From a bacterium (GTDB lineage Bacteria > UBP15 > UBA6099), in NCBI GenBank assembly GCA_041664945.1, contig JBAYJY010000003.1, forward strand, positions 8,415-72,414: a stretch of 64,000 bases of DNA. The letters are read 5' to 3'. The number at the start of each line of letters is the position of its first letter. The stretch's first letter is position 1. Shown one piece after another: positions 51,085 through 61,012 of this stretch. The notes below the pieces were generated by a model. It searched no databases. It was not told the origin of the DNA and saw only the letters and a program-made list of their open reading frames with translations. The translations under genes and the position numbers were made by a program.

Positions 51085-51361
51085 CGCTGTTTCCTCCGTT
51101 ATTTCTGAAACGCCTCGAAATCCTGTTACGACCGTCCGATAACTCTTACTTGTTCAATCATGCAGCGATTGCTTTTTTAATTATATCAAATTATTCAATA
51201 TTAAGAATAATCCGGGTTGTATTTGCCCGGCGAATAAAAACGAGACAGCCTAGAAAATCAGAAAATGCCGGACCCCTTGATAAAACCGGAGGAAAGGCTT
51301 ATATTATATCGCTTGTGTATGTGCGTAATGAGTGAAAATTTAATTTGTCAGGAGCAGGATC

Positions 51362-51634
51362 ATGCCGAACATTAAGTCAGCGGAGAAGCGGCTGAGACAG
51401 AGTCTGAAACGCCGTGACCGCAACAGAACGACCAAAGCAGCAATGAGAACAGAGATCAAAAAAGCCGATAAGGGCATTGCCGCCGGCGACCCGGCAGTGG
51501 CAGTGGAAGCTGTGAAGGCTGCTTGCAAAGCGCTCGACACGACCGCCCAAAAAGGCGTCATCCACAAAAACACAGCAAGCCGCAAGAAATCCCGGCTGAT
51601 GAAAAAGTTGAACACGATCTCTAAAGCAAAATAA
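51362..51634 (+). CDS. rpsT: 30S ribosomal protein S20
   Basis: MPNIKSAEKRLRQSLKRRDRNRTTKAAMRTEIKK... is the canonical S20 N-terminus. Size 90 aa. Confidence 0.9.
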   Translation: MPNIKSAEKRLRQSLKRRDRNRTTKAAMRTEIKKADKGIAAGDPAVAVEAVKAACKALDTTAQKGVIHKNTASRKKSRLMKKLNTISKAK

Positions 51635-51715
51635 GGATTTTGCTTTGTCCCAGCCGGCGAATGCGGCCCCTTAAACGGGGAACGCTGCTTCGCCTCGAAC
51701 AAAAATGCTAATTAC

Positions 51716-51746
51716 GAAAAAGCCCGCTTTCGCGGGCTTTTTTATT
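51716..51746 (+). terminator. Rho-independent terminator after rpsT
   Basis: aaaaaGCCCGCtttcGCGGGCttttttatttt. Confidence 0.65.
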
Positions 51747-51800
51747 TTCTGTAATCTCTCGCTGTTCCAAGCATCGCCTGAACTTAAGTCAACCACAACG

Positions 51801-51829
51801 AAAAAGGCCCGCTCTCGCGGGCCTTTTTA
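51801..51829. terminator. Second, near-identical hairpin; bidirectional terminator shared by rpsT (+) and carD (-)
   Basis: aaaaaGGCCCGCtctcGCGGGCCttttt with A-run and T-run on opposite sides. It lies 22 nt beyond the carD stop. Confidence 0.6.
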
Positions 51830-51850
51830 ATGCTTTTCTTATAATTCTTT

Positions 51851-52330
51851 TCAGTGAAGCGCTTCCACTACGTATGCCTTGGCTTTCTCGAATGTCACTT
51901 TCTTTGCGCTGGATATCTCGCCGACAAGAAGCTGCATTGCGTTGTCCAGCATTTTCTTCTCGCCCATCGAAAGTCCTTTTTTCCTATCCTTTAAATAAAG
52001 GTTGCGGAGCACTTCCGCTACCTCGTGCACGTCTCCGGTCTTGATCTTCTCCAGATTGTGCTTGTACCGCCGGTTCCAATTCGCCGGCATTTCAGAGGTT
52101 TTCTTACTCTTCAGGTCCATAAGGACTTCGTCTATCACCTCTGTTTTGATGATCCGGCGGACACCTATCTCGTCAGCGCTCTCTACCGGAACCATAATTT
52201 TCATGTTCTTCATGGATAAACTTACCATGTAATACTTGTGATCTCTTCCAAGTACCTGTTGATCGGTTATCGCTTCAATTAAACCGACTCCGTGAAGGGG
52301 ATGCAAAATCTTGTCACCGATTCGGAACAT
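51851..52330 (-). CDS. CarD/CdnL-family RNA-polymerase-binding transcription regulator
   Basis: N-terminal RNAP-interacting Tudor-like motif (FRIGDKILHPLHGVGLIEAI) and a C-terminal helical domain. Size 159 aa. Confidence 0.85.
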   Translation of the reverse strand: MFRIGDKILHPLHGVGLIEAITDQQVLGRDHKYYMVSLSMKNMKIMVPVESADEIGVRRIIKTEVIDEVLMDLKSKKTSEMPANWNRRYKHNLEKIKTGDVHEVAEVLRNLYLKDRKKGLSMGEKKMLDNAMQLLVGEISSAKKVTFEKAKAYVVEALH

Positions 52331-52413
52331 GAAACCCTCCTATTTTATTGTGTATCGGATTAGTGGTACTAAGCAATTCATGAACCGAATCATACCACAA
52401 ACCGGGGCTAAAG

Positions 52414-54918
52414 TCAAATTTTAAGCTGATCTTTCTCCGGCATGGCTATCTCGCAGGAGCTTCCCTCGATCAAAACCACATCTCCGTCGTAGCGGACTTT
52501 GAAGGTTTCTCCCTCTTTATACCGGCATAATAGCAGCTTTTCCGACAACGGGTCCTCTATAAACCGCTGTACCAGCCGCCGTACAGGACGCGCTCCGTTT
52601 GTCGGGTCGTACCCTTCCTGCACTATCCGCTCAATCGCCGTTTCGTCGACTTCCAGATGCAAACCCTTCGCTTCCACCCGTTCTCTGACCCGATTTATGA
52701 ACAGTTGGACGATATGCCGGATGTCTTCTTTCGTGAGCGACCTGAAGATTATAAACTCATCCACCCTGTTCAAAAACTCAGGCCGGAAAGCCTTTTTCAG
52801 TTCCCTCATTATTTTTTCTTCCATGGACTCGTGCTCTTTTTGAAGCACTTCGGGCTTTAAAAGGTCCGGCAGTGCCTGTCTGAACCCGACCGGGTTCAGA
52901 TTCGTGATGAGTTCCGCGCCGACATTCGTCGTCATTATGACTATCGCGTTTTTGAAGCTGACCTTCCGACCGTGCGAGTCAGTCAGCATGCCGTCTTCCA
53001 TGATTTGCAACAGAATGTTGAAAACCTCCGGGTGCGCCTTCTCGATTTCATCGAGAAGAACGACCGAATATGGTTTTCTGCGCACAGCGTCGCTAAGCTG
53101 TCCGCCTTCTTCGTAGCCGACGTAGCCGGGAGGCGCTCCGACAAGCCGGGATACTGTCGCTTTTTCCATATACTCAGACATATCTATCCTTATAATGGCC
53201 TTTTCATCGCCGAACAGGAATTCAGCAAGCGCCTTGGCGAGCTCGGTTTTGCCGACGCCGGTCGGGCCGGCGAAGAAGAAGCAACCCATCGGCCGCGAGG
53301 CCTCTTTCAGCCCGACGCGCGCGCGCCGGATCGCCTTCGACACCGTGCTCACCGCCGCGTCCTGCCCGACTATCCGCTTGCGTATGTCGTCTTCTATGCC
53401 GAGCAGCTTGATTGTTTCTTCCTCTTTAAGCTTGGAAACCGGTATCGAAGTCCACATGTAAACGATTTCCGAGATTTCCTCGTCGGTGACCGTCAGACCT
53501 CCGTAAACCGAGGAGCTGCGCCATTTATCCGATTCCGCTCTGAGCTGGTCCTCAAGTTCCTTTTCCTTGTCGCGGAGCGACGCAGCCGCTTCGAACTGCT
53601 GGCCGACAACCGCTGCGTTTTTTTCCTTCCGAATATTTTCGAGATTGTCTTCGAGACTCTTGAGGTCCGGCGGCGAAGTGCTGTTTTTGATCCTGACGCG
53701 CGCGGCGGCCTCGTCAATCAGGTCGATCGCTTTGTCCGGCAGGAAACGGTCCTGAATGAAGCGGTTCGAGAGCTGAACAGCGGCAAAGAGGGCCTCGTCG
53801 GTGATAGTTACCCGGTGATGGGCCTCATAGCGGTCGCGCAGGCCTTTGAGAATGCTAAGAGTTTCTTCAACGGTCGGCTCCTCAACGAAAACAGGCTGGA
53901 ACCGGCGTTCGAGCGCAGCGCTTTTTTCTATATGCTTTTTGAATTCGTCATAGGTTGTCGCGCCGATGCACTGAAGTTCGCCGCGCGCCAAAGCGGGCTT
54001 GAGAATATTCGAGGCGTCGATCGCGCCCTCCGCCGCCCCGGCTCCGATTATCGTGTGAAGCTCGTCTATGAAAAGAATAATGTCGCCCTTCGACTGGTAA
54101 ATCTCGTTGACGACGCGCTTCAGGCGTTCCTCGAACTCGCCGCGATACTTCGTTCCGGCTACCAAACCGGCCAAGTCGAGTGAGATAACCCGCTTGTCGT
54201 AAAGGATGCCGGGCACTTCGCGCTTAATTATAAGCTGGGCCAGTCCTTCAACGATCGCCGTCTTGCCGACGCCGGGGTCGCCAATCAGCACAGGGTTGTT
54301 TTTCGTGCGCTTGCTGAGAATCTGGACCACCCGCTCGATCTCTATGTCGCGGCCTACAACCGGGTCCAGCTTCCCCTCGCGGGCAAGCTCGGTCAGGTCG
54401 CGGCTGAACTCGTCGAGAAACGCCGTCGCTGACGCTCGTTTTTTCTTTAGCGACGCCGGGCCGCCGCCAGCCGCCGGCGACGACTCGCCCTCCAGAAGGC
54501 TGATTACGTACTGGCGCGCCTTGTCTATCACAATTCCCTTGTCGCGCAGCATCCGGGCCGCTATCCCCTCGCCTTCCCGAATCAGGCCGAGCAGCACATG
54601 TTCCGTTCCGATGTGCGCATGGCCGAGACCGCGAGCCTCCTCGAACGACAGTTCCAAAACCCGCTTCGAACTCGGCGTGAACGCTATCTCACGCGACTTA
54701 CCGCGCCTCTCATGCACAAACAGGTCCGTCAGGCCTGCGATCAACTGGTCAACATCAACGCCCATTCCCATCAGAACCTTGACCGCAAAGCTTTCCCGGT
54801 CCTGCAAAAGCGCATAAAGAACATGTTCTGTGTCAACGTAACTATGGTTAAGTTCTTCAGCCTTCCCCTGCGCGAGAATGATAACCCGCCTCGCGTGTTC
54901 GGTGAATTTATCCCACAT
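52414..54918 (-). CDS. clpC: ATP-dependent Clp protease ATP-binding subunit ClpC (Clp_N repeats, two AAA+ modules, UVR-like middle domain)
   Basis: Two Clp_N repeats (e.g. [12 protein letters not shown]), Walker [11 protein letters not shown] and [12 protein letters not shown], a coiled-coil M-domain, 834 aa. Confidence 0.9.
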   Translation of the reverse strand: MWDKFTEHARRVIILAQGKAEELNHSYVDTEHVLYALLQDRESFAVKVLMGMGVDVDQLIAGLTDLFVHERRGKSREIAFTPSSKRVLELSFEEARGLGHAHIGTEHVLLGLIREGEGIAARMLRDKGIVIDKARQYVISLLEGESSPAAGGGPASLKKKRASATAFLDEFSRDLTELAREGKLDPVVGRDIEIERVVQILSKRTKNNPVLIGDPGVGKTAIVEGLAQLIIKREVPGILYDKRVISLDLAGLVAGTKYRGEFEERLKRVVNEIYQSKGDIILFIDELHTIIGAGAAEGAIDASNILKPALARGELQCIGATTYDEFKKHIEKSAALERRFQPVFVEEPTVEETLSILKGLRDRYEAHHRVTITDEALFAAVQLSNRFIQDRFLPDKAIDLIDEAAARVRIKNSTSPPDLKSLEDNLENIRKEKNAAVVGQQFEAAASLRDKEKELEDQLRAESDKWRSSSVYGGLTVTDEEISEIVYMWTSIPVSKLKEEETIKLLGIEDDIRKRIVGQDAAVSTVSKAIRRARVGLKEASRPMGCFFFAGPTGVGKTELAKALAEFLFGDEKAIIRIDMSEYMEKATVSRLVGAPPGYVGYEEGGQLSDAVRRKPYSVVLLDEIEKAHPEVFNILLQIMEDGMLTDSHGRKVSFKNAIVIMTTNVGAELITNLNPVGFRQALPDLLKPEVLQKEHESMEEKIMRELKKAFRPEFLNRVDEFIIFRSLTKEDIRHIVQLFINRVRERVEAKGLHLEVDETAIERIVQEGYDPTNGARPVRRLVQRFIEDPLSEKLLLCRYKEGETFKVRYDGDVVLIEGSSCEIAMPEKDQLKI

Positions 54919-55145
54919 GTTTTTGCCTCGCGTTAGTTGCAGATTTACATGCCGTTTAAGTCAGCAGGGATATTATAGTCTCCGATGCTCTGTTTTTCCA
55001 CTTTATCAATTCAGTATAACTCCGCATGCCGTGAGCCGGCAAAATTGCTATTATGAGGTTCTGAATTATTAGCTTAAAAAATTAATTGCCTATCTCGTAT
55101 TTCTTTTTCAGCGATTTCAACTTTTTTTCATGCGCTAATATAAAA

Positions 55146-55571
55146 CTATTGAAAATATTGTAGGCACAAATGTCCCCAAGAACATTGGATGTAAATATAT
55201 TTGTTATGTTTCTCACACAAGTCTTCGATTGTTGCGATATAATGATATATAAGAAAGTTATTAATTCCGAGCGACAATACGGATGTTGCGGCTAATAGCC
55301 TTATCAAGGCGTCGCTAATTTCACTGATAGTTCCAAAATTTGCAAATTCCAAATAGTAGCCGATAAACGAAAGTACAGATATAGAAGTTACAATTTTGAG
55401 CAAACGATAGCTCTTATTAAAATTGCGAATTATTTCATCTTTCGATGCAAATATTTTATTGGCAGTTAACGAAATCACTTCCGGGATATTGCCACATTTT
55501 ATGCATGTTTCATCGCCTTTAGTTATCTCGTTTCCGCATTTTGGACATTTCATATTCTCATCATACCACAA
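55146..55571 (-). CDS. Zinc-ribbon membrane protein (hypothetical), AT-rich orphan
   Basis: N-terminal CPKCGNEITKGDETCIKCGN zinc ribbon and two hydrophobic helices. Markedly AT-rich codon usage. No recognisable family. Confidence 0.35.
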   Translation of the reverse strand: MWYDENMKCPKCGNEITKGDETCIKCGNIPEVISLTANKIFASKDEIIRNFNKSYRLLKIVTSISVLSFIGYYLEFANFGTISEISDALIRLLAATSVLSLGINNFLIYHYIATIEDLCEKHNKYIYIQCSWGHLCLQYFQ

Positions 55572-55840
55572 ATCACGATCAACAACCTGTCTTTTTTATT
55601 CTGCAAAAATGAAGCCGCTGTCATTGCCGTCAACAAGTTGACGGTTTCCAAAGCATGTCGTGCTAGCGCATTCATAGCGCTCCGCGCTGAAGGGTATATT
55701 TCAGAAAAATTTTTATTTGAGATTCCTCGCTTCGTTCGGAATGACAAACAGGGAGAGAGAATGATCAAAAGAGAACTCCTAATCCGGGTTTGCGTAAATC
55801 CGGTTTGCTTGACTCCGCCAACGCCCTCTGATAGAATTTT

Positions 55841-56719
55841 TTGCCTATGAAAAAAACGACTTTTCAAGAGATGATTTTCAATCTGGCCAAGTATTGGTCT
55901 GACTATGGCTGCGTTATAGCGCAACCCTACGACATTGAGATGGGCGCCGGGACAATGCACCCTTTCACGTTCCTAAGGTCGCTTGGCGACACGCCGTGGA
56001 AGGTGGCATACGTGCAGCCATCGCGCCGGCCCGCAGACGGCCGTTACGGCGAAAACCCGTTGCGTTTGCAGCATTATTTCCAATATCAGGTTATTCTGAA
56101 ACCGTCCCCGGACGACGTTCAGGAACTCTACCTCAAGAGCCTCGAAGCGATCGGGATCAACCTGAAAGAGCACGACATCCGTTTTGTTGAGGATGACTGG
56201 GAGTCGCCGACGCTCGGCGCGTGGGGGCTCGGCTGGGAAGTCTGGCTCGACGGCAACGAGATCACTCAGTTCACCTACTTCCAGCAGGTCGGCGGGATCG
56301 ATCTGACTACCGTCTGCGCTGAGATCACTTACGGCATCGAGCGCATCTGCATGTACCTTCAGGGCGTGAACAACGTTTACGACCTCGAATGGACCAACGG
56401 TTTGAAATACGGCCAGATTTACCTCGAAAACGAAAAACAGTATTCGCATTATAATTTCACGCACGCGAACGTGGACGCACTGTTCAAGCAGTTCGATATG
56501 TGCGAGGATGAAGCGCGCCGGCTGGCTGAACAAAAGCTCGTTCTGCCCGCATACGATCAGGTGTTGAAATGCTCGCACCTGTTCAACCTGCTGGACGCTC
56601 GGAATGCGATAAGCGTCAGCGAGCGGCAGAACATAATCGGGCGCGTAAGGGAAATCGCTGGCCGTTGCGCGCGACTTTACTTAGCCTCGATCGAAGGCGT
56701 GAAGGAAGAATCGGCCTGA
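55841..56719 (+). CDS. glyQ: Glycine--tRNA ligase alpha subunit
   Basis: [42 protein letters not shown]... is near-invariant GlyQ sequence. Size 292 aa. Confidence 0.9.
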   Translation: MPMKKTTFQEMIFNLAKYWSDYGCVIAQPYDIEMGAGTMHPFTFLRSLGDTPWKVAYVQPSRRPADGRYGENPLRLQHYFQYQVILKPSPDDVQELYLKSLEAIGINLKEHDIRFVEDDWESPTLGAWGLGWEVWLDGNEITQFTYFQQVGGIDLTTVCAEITYGIERICMYLQGVNNVYDLEWTNGLKYGQIYLENEKQYSHYNFTHANVDALFKQFDMCEDEARRLAEQKLVLPAYDQVLKCSHLFNLLDARNAISVSERQNIIGRVREIAGRCARLYLASIEGVKEESA

Positions 56720-56814
56720 CGCGCGCCGCCCGCGACTGCGCGGCAAATCTAAGATTCGGCGCATCCGCCTTTTGAATTCCCGGCGTATTCCGAATCGAAC
56801 TGAATGGAGACAAT

Positions 56815-57771
56815 ATGAAAGCTCTGATAACAGGAATAACAGGATTCGCCGGCAGCCACCTCGCGGAGCTTCTGCTCTCTCGCAATGTCGAAGTGTTCGG
56901 TACCGTGCGGCCCCGCAGCCCCATGATGAATCTCACGCCCGAAGTCCTCAAAAATATCAAACTCATCGAATGCGAACTGCGCGACAACGTAGCCGTGCGC
57001 TCGACTATCGCCGAATCGCGGCCGGACAACATTTTCCATCTCGCCGCGCAAAGCTTCGTTCCTACTTCGTGGCTTTCGCCCGCCGACACTCTTGAAACCA
57101 ACATCATAGGCCAGCTCAATATCTTCGAAGCGGTCAAAGACCTGAAACTTTTCGACACCGGAATCCAACTCGCCTGCTCCAGCGAAGAGTACGGCCTCGT
57201 CTATGAAGACGAATTGCCTATAAGAGAAACCAACCCTCTTCGCCCGCTCAGCCCGTACGCCGTCAGCAAGGTGACTCAGGACATGATGGGCTACCAGTAT
57301 TTCAAAAGCTACGGACTTAAGGTCTTCCGCACCCGCGCGTTCAACCACACCGGCCCGCGCCGCGGCGAGATTTTCGTCACTTCGTCGTTCGCCAAGCAGA
57401 TCGCTATGATCGAAAAAGGCGATCAGGAGCCGGTGATTAAAGTCGGCAACCTCGACGCTCGCCGCGATTTCACAGATGTGCGCGACACCGTTCGCGCTTA
57501 TGCAGACATCGTCAACGGCGCGGAACCAGGCGAAGTTTATAACATCGCCACAAACACTACGGTCGCCATAAAAGACCTGCTCGACATGCTTGTCGGAATG
57601 TCTGACAAAAAGGTCGAAGTCAAGGTCGACCCGGCGCGCCTCAGACCTTCCGACGTGCCCGTCCTGCTCGGCGATTACTCGAAACTCAACAAAAAAATCG
57701 GCTGGGCCCCAAGCATTCCTTTCGAGAAAACGATCAAAGACCTGCTCGATTACTGGAGAGAAAAAGCTTGA
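56815..57771 (+). CDS. NAD-dependent sugar-nucleotide dehydratase/reductase of the extended SDR family (GDP-mannose 4,6-dehydratase / GDP-6-deoxy-mannose reductase-like)
   Basis: GxxGxxG motif (ITGITGFAGSHLAELL), catalytic SSEEYG ... YAVSK triad. Size 318 aa. Confidence 0.65.
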   Translation: MKALITGITGFAGSHLAELLLSRNVEVFGTVRPRSPMMNLTPEVLKNIKLIECELRDNVAVRSTIAESRPDNIFHLAAQSFVPTSWLSPADTLETNIIGQLNIFEAVKDLKLFDTGIQLACSSEEYGLVYEDELPIRETNPLRPLSPYAVSKVTQDMMGYQYFKSYGLKVFRTRAFNHTGPRRGEIFVTSSFAKQIAMIEKGDQEPVIKVGNLDARRDFTDVRDTVRAYADIVNGAEPGEVYNIATNTTVAIKDLLDMLVGMSDKKVEVKVDPARLRPSDVPVLLGDYSKLNKKIGWAPSIPFEKTIKDLLDYWREKA

Positions 57772-59390
57772 CCCCGAAAAGCGACAGAATAACGCCGGCA
57801 ATCGAAATATACGACACCACGCTGCGCGACGGCGCGCAGACGGAGGGCGTCTCCTTTTCGCTCGAAGACAAGTTCCGGATCACCGCTCGGCTCGACGAAA
57901 TCGGCGTCCATTTCATAGAGGGCGGTTTCCCGAAATCGAACCGCAAGGACAAAGAATATTTCGAGCGCGTCCGCGGCATGAATCTGAAAAACGCCAAGAT
58001 CGCGGCGTTCGGAAGCACGCGCAGAAAGGACACGACCTGCGCGCGCGACGAGGCGCTTCAAAGCCTCCTGAAAGCCGAACCGGACGCCATCGCGATCGTA
58101 GGCAAAAGCTGGGACCTGCACGCCGAAAAGGTGCTGAAAGTTTCCCGGGAAGAGAACCTTAAAATCATCGCGGATACGATCCGCTATCTTAAAAAGCGCG
58201 GCGTGTTCGTGGTCTTCGACGCCGAGCATTTCTACGATGGCTACGCGGAGAACCGCGAGTACGCGATGCAGACAATAATCGTGGCGGCGCAGGAAGGCGC
58301 GGACCGGATCGCGCTTTGCGACACTAACGGCGGCTGCATGGTCCAACTCGTGCGCGACGCGACAGCGGAAGCGGTTGCCGCGACCGGCGCGCGGATAGGC
58401 ATCCACGCGCACAATGACTCAGAACTCGCGGTAGCGAACACGCTCGCCGCTATCGAAGCAGGCGCGACACACGTGCAGGGCACGATCAACGGACTCGGCG
58501 AGCGTTGCGGAAACGCAAACCTTTGCTCGGTGATCCCGAACATCGTTTTAAAAATGAAGCGTCCCTGCCTGCCTCCCGGCAACCTCGCCGGACTGACCGG
58601 CCTCGCGAGCTTCGTCAGCGAATTAGCCAACCAGCCGCTCGGCGACCGCCTGCCTTACGTCGGCCGCAGCGCTTTCGCCCACAAAGCCGGCCTGCACATC
58701 GACGGCGTTCGCAAAGTGCGCCGCGCCAACGAACATGTCCTTCCGGAACTGACGGGCAACCAGACCCGCGCGCTTATCTCCGAAATTTCCGGACGCGGCA
58801 ACGTGCTTTTCCTTGCCGGCCGCATGGGCATCGACCTCTCCGACAAGCCGGACGCGGTCAAAAATATTCTGGACGAACTCAAGGAACTCGAATACCGCGG
58901 CTACCAGTTCGAGGGCGCCGAGGGCTCGTTTGAAATCCTTCTGAGAAAACAGATCGGCTCGCACCGCAAGTTTTTCGAGCTTCGCAGTTTCCGGGTCATT
59001 GTTGATAAAAAACAGGGCGACAAGATGTTTTCCGAGGCTACGATTAAAATAAAAGTCGACGACCACGTCGAGCAGACTGTGGCCGAGGGCGACGGGCCGG
59101 TGAACGCGCTGGACAACGCGCTGCGCAAGGCGCTCGAACCGTTCTATCCGTCGCTGCGCGAGATGCGTCTGGCGGACTACAAGGTGCGCGTGCTCGACGA
59201 GCGGGACGGAACCGCGGCGGCGGTCCGGGTGCTGATCACCTCCCGCGACAATACGAAAATATGGGGCACCGTCGGCGTTTCCGAAAACGTCATTCAGGCA
59301 AGCTGGAAAGCGCTCGTCGACAGCATCGAATACAAGCTTTTGAAGGACAGCGCGGCAAAAACTTCGAAACAGCAGAAAAAACGAAAATAA
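57768..59390 (+). CDS. cimA: (R)-citramalate synthase / LeuA-family 2-alkylmalate synthase
   Basis: HMGL-like TIM barrel motifs (IYDTTLRDGAQTEGVSF, HAHNDSELAVANTLAAIEAGATHVQGTINGLGERCGNA) plus a C-terminal LeuA-dimer regulatory domain. At 540 aa it fits CimA. A TTG start overlaps the stop codon of the upstream SDR gene. Confidence 0.75.
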   Translation: MTPKSDRITPAIEIYDTTLRDGAQTEGVSFSLEDKFRITARLDEIGVHFIEGGFPKSNRKDKEYFERVRGMNLKNAKIAAFGSTRRKDTTCARDEALQSLLKAEPDAIAIVGKSWDLHAEKVLKVSREENLKIIADTIRYLKKRGVFVVFDAEHFYDGYAENREYAMQTIIVAAQEGADRIALCDTNGGCMVQLVRDATAEAVAATGARIGIHAHNDSELAVANTLAAIEAGATHVQGTINGLGERCGNANLCSVIPNIVLKMKRPCLPPGNLAGLTGLASFVSELANQPLGDRLPYVGRSAFAHKAGLHIDGVRKVRRANEHVLPELTGNQTRALISEISGRGNVLFLAGRMGIDLSDKPDAVKNILDELKELEYRGYQFEGAEGSFEILLRKQIGSHRKFFELRSFRVIVDKKQGDKMFSEATIKIKVDDHVEQTVAEGDGPVNALDNALRKALEPFYPSLREMRLADYKVRVLDERDGTAAAVRVLITSRDNTKIWGTVGVSENVIQASWKALVDSIEYKLLKDSAAKTSKQQKKRK

Positions 59391-59585
59391 TATCGCAACC
59401 TTCAATTTAACGCTTCTATGGATTCTGAACTCAATTTTGCTATAATTCTCAGTTGCGGCCTCGTTCCGGAAAAAAGCGTCGGTTTTAAGAACACCAATGA
59501 CCGCTCCATTGCGCAAGCAAGCAACCGGCTGGCGGCCGGCGCCGGCGAGCCGCTCCTGATCTCCGCGAAAGGTCGGTAAACAGTT

Positions 59586-60041
59586 ATGATTCAAGGTGTC
59601 ATCGTCAAGAAACTCAGACTCATACCGGACGAGCGCGGCATGCTTATGGAAATGCTCCGCAACGACGACGACTTTTATCAGAAATTCGGGCAGGTCTATG
59701 TCTCCATGGCCTATCCGGGCGTTGTGAAGGGCTGGCACTACCACAAGGTGCAGACCGACCATTTTGTTATCATCAAGGGCATGATGAAGGTTGTTCTTTA
59801 CGACAGCCGCGAGGACTCGCCGACAAAAGGCGAAGTGAACGAATTTTTCATGGGCGAACTGAATCAGGTTCTAATAACTATCCCCCCGGGCGTGTTGCAC
59901 GGGATGAAGTGTATAAGCGAAGAGCCGGCCTATCTGATCAACATTCCGACCGAAGCGTACAATTACAAAGAGCCGGACGAACACCGCGTGCACCCACACG
60001 ATAACGACATTCCTTACGACTGGGAGCGCACAGACGGATGA
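59586..60041 (+). CDS. Cupin-fold sugar-nucleotide 3,5-epimerase-like protein (RmlC/WxcM-like)
   Basis: 151 aa cupin containing ...ERGMLMEM..., a His (GWHYHK) and Tyr/Lys positions like the short RmlC-like epimerases. Overlaps the next gene by 4 bp. Confidence 0.6.
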   Translation: MIQGVIVKKLRLIPDERGMLMEMLRNDDDFYQKFGQVYVSMAYPGVVKGWHYHKVQTDHFVIIKGMMKVVLYDSREDSPTKGEVNEFFMGELNQVLITIPPGVLHGMKCISEEPAYLINIPTEAYNYKEPDEHRVHPHDNDIPYDWERTDG

Positions 60042-61012
60042 CCCGAATTCTGATAACAGGCGGCGCAGGCGTCATCGGCTCCCACTTGGCGGACGCGTTG
60101 CTCAAACGCGGCAACGAAGTTACGGTGATCGACAATCTGACGACTGGAACAATAACTAACATTCAACACAACCTCGGACGCCCCAACTTCCATTTCCTCA
60201 ACAACACGATCATGAACGAAGGGCTGATGGAGGAACTGATCCGCAACTGTTCGACGGTCTATCATCTGGCCGCCGCGGTCGGCGTTAAATACATCGTCGA
60301 GGACCCGCTTCAGGGAATCCTCACAAACGTAAAGGGCACGGAAATCGTGCTCGACATAGCGTTCAAGTACTGGAGGCGGGTGCTGTTCGCGTCCTCTTCC
60401 GAGATTTACGGGCGCTCGGAAAACGTGCCGTTCAAGGAAGATTCGGAGCGGATACTGGGCGCGACGAATGTCGAGCGCTGGTCATACTCGACAGCGAAAG
60501 CGGTGGACGAGCACATGTGCTTCGCCTACGCTAACAAGGGGCTGCCGGTGTCAGTCGTGCGGTATTTCAACGCCTACGGGCCGCGGATCGACGAGCGTGG
60601 CTATGGCAGCGTCGTTGCGAAATTCATCAGTCAGGCATTCCGGAACGCGCCGATAACAATTCACGGCGACGGACGCCAGACCCGCTGCTTCACCTACATA
60701 GACGACACTATTAACGGCACGATTCTCGCAGGCGAAAAAAAGGAATCGCTCGGGCACGTTTTCAACATAGGAAACAACCGCGAATCGACAATTCTCGAAC
60801 TCGCCGAAATGATAATTAATTTGACAGGCTCTAAATCGGAGATAACACTTATACCTTATGAGAAAGCGTATGGCGAGCGGCACGAGGACACAATGCGCCG
60901 CATGCCCGACATCTCGAAAGCGAGCGAAACGCTCGGTTTCGAACCCGGCGTGCCTTTAGAGGAAGGACTGAAGAGAACAATTGAGTGGGCAAAAGAAAAC
61001 TACAAACACTAA
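60038..61012 (+). CDS. NAD-dependent nucleoside-diphosphate-sugar epimerase/dehydratase (UDP-glucuronate decarboxylase / dTDP-glucose dehydratase-like extended SDR)
   Basis: Rossmann motif (ILITGGAGVIGSHLADAL), catalytic SSSEIYG ... YSTAK. Size 324 aa. Confidence 0.75.
   Translation: MTRILITGGAGVIGSHLADALLKRGNEVTVIDNLTTGTITNIQHNLGRPNFHFLNNTIMNEGLMEELIRNCSTVYHLAAAVGVKYIVEDPLQGILTNVKGTEIVLDIAFKYWRRVLFASSSEIYGRSENVPFKEDSERILGATNVERWSYSTAKAVDEHMCFAYANKGLPVSVVRYFNAYGPRIDERGYGSVVAKFISQAFRNAPITIHGDGRQTRCFTYIDDTINGTILAGEKKESLGHVFNIGNNRESTILELAEMIINLTGSKSEITLIPYEKAYGERHEDTMRRMPDISKASETLGFEPGVPLEEGLKRTIEWAKENYKH

Noticed and set aside
55572-55840. T-box riboswitch leader in front of glyQ
   Set aside because: No T-box consensus (AGGGUGGNACCGCG) and no specifier/antiterminator arrangement are visible. 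The region is AT-rich with an unrelated perfect palindrome instead.
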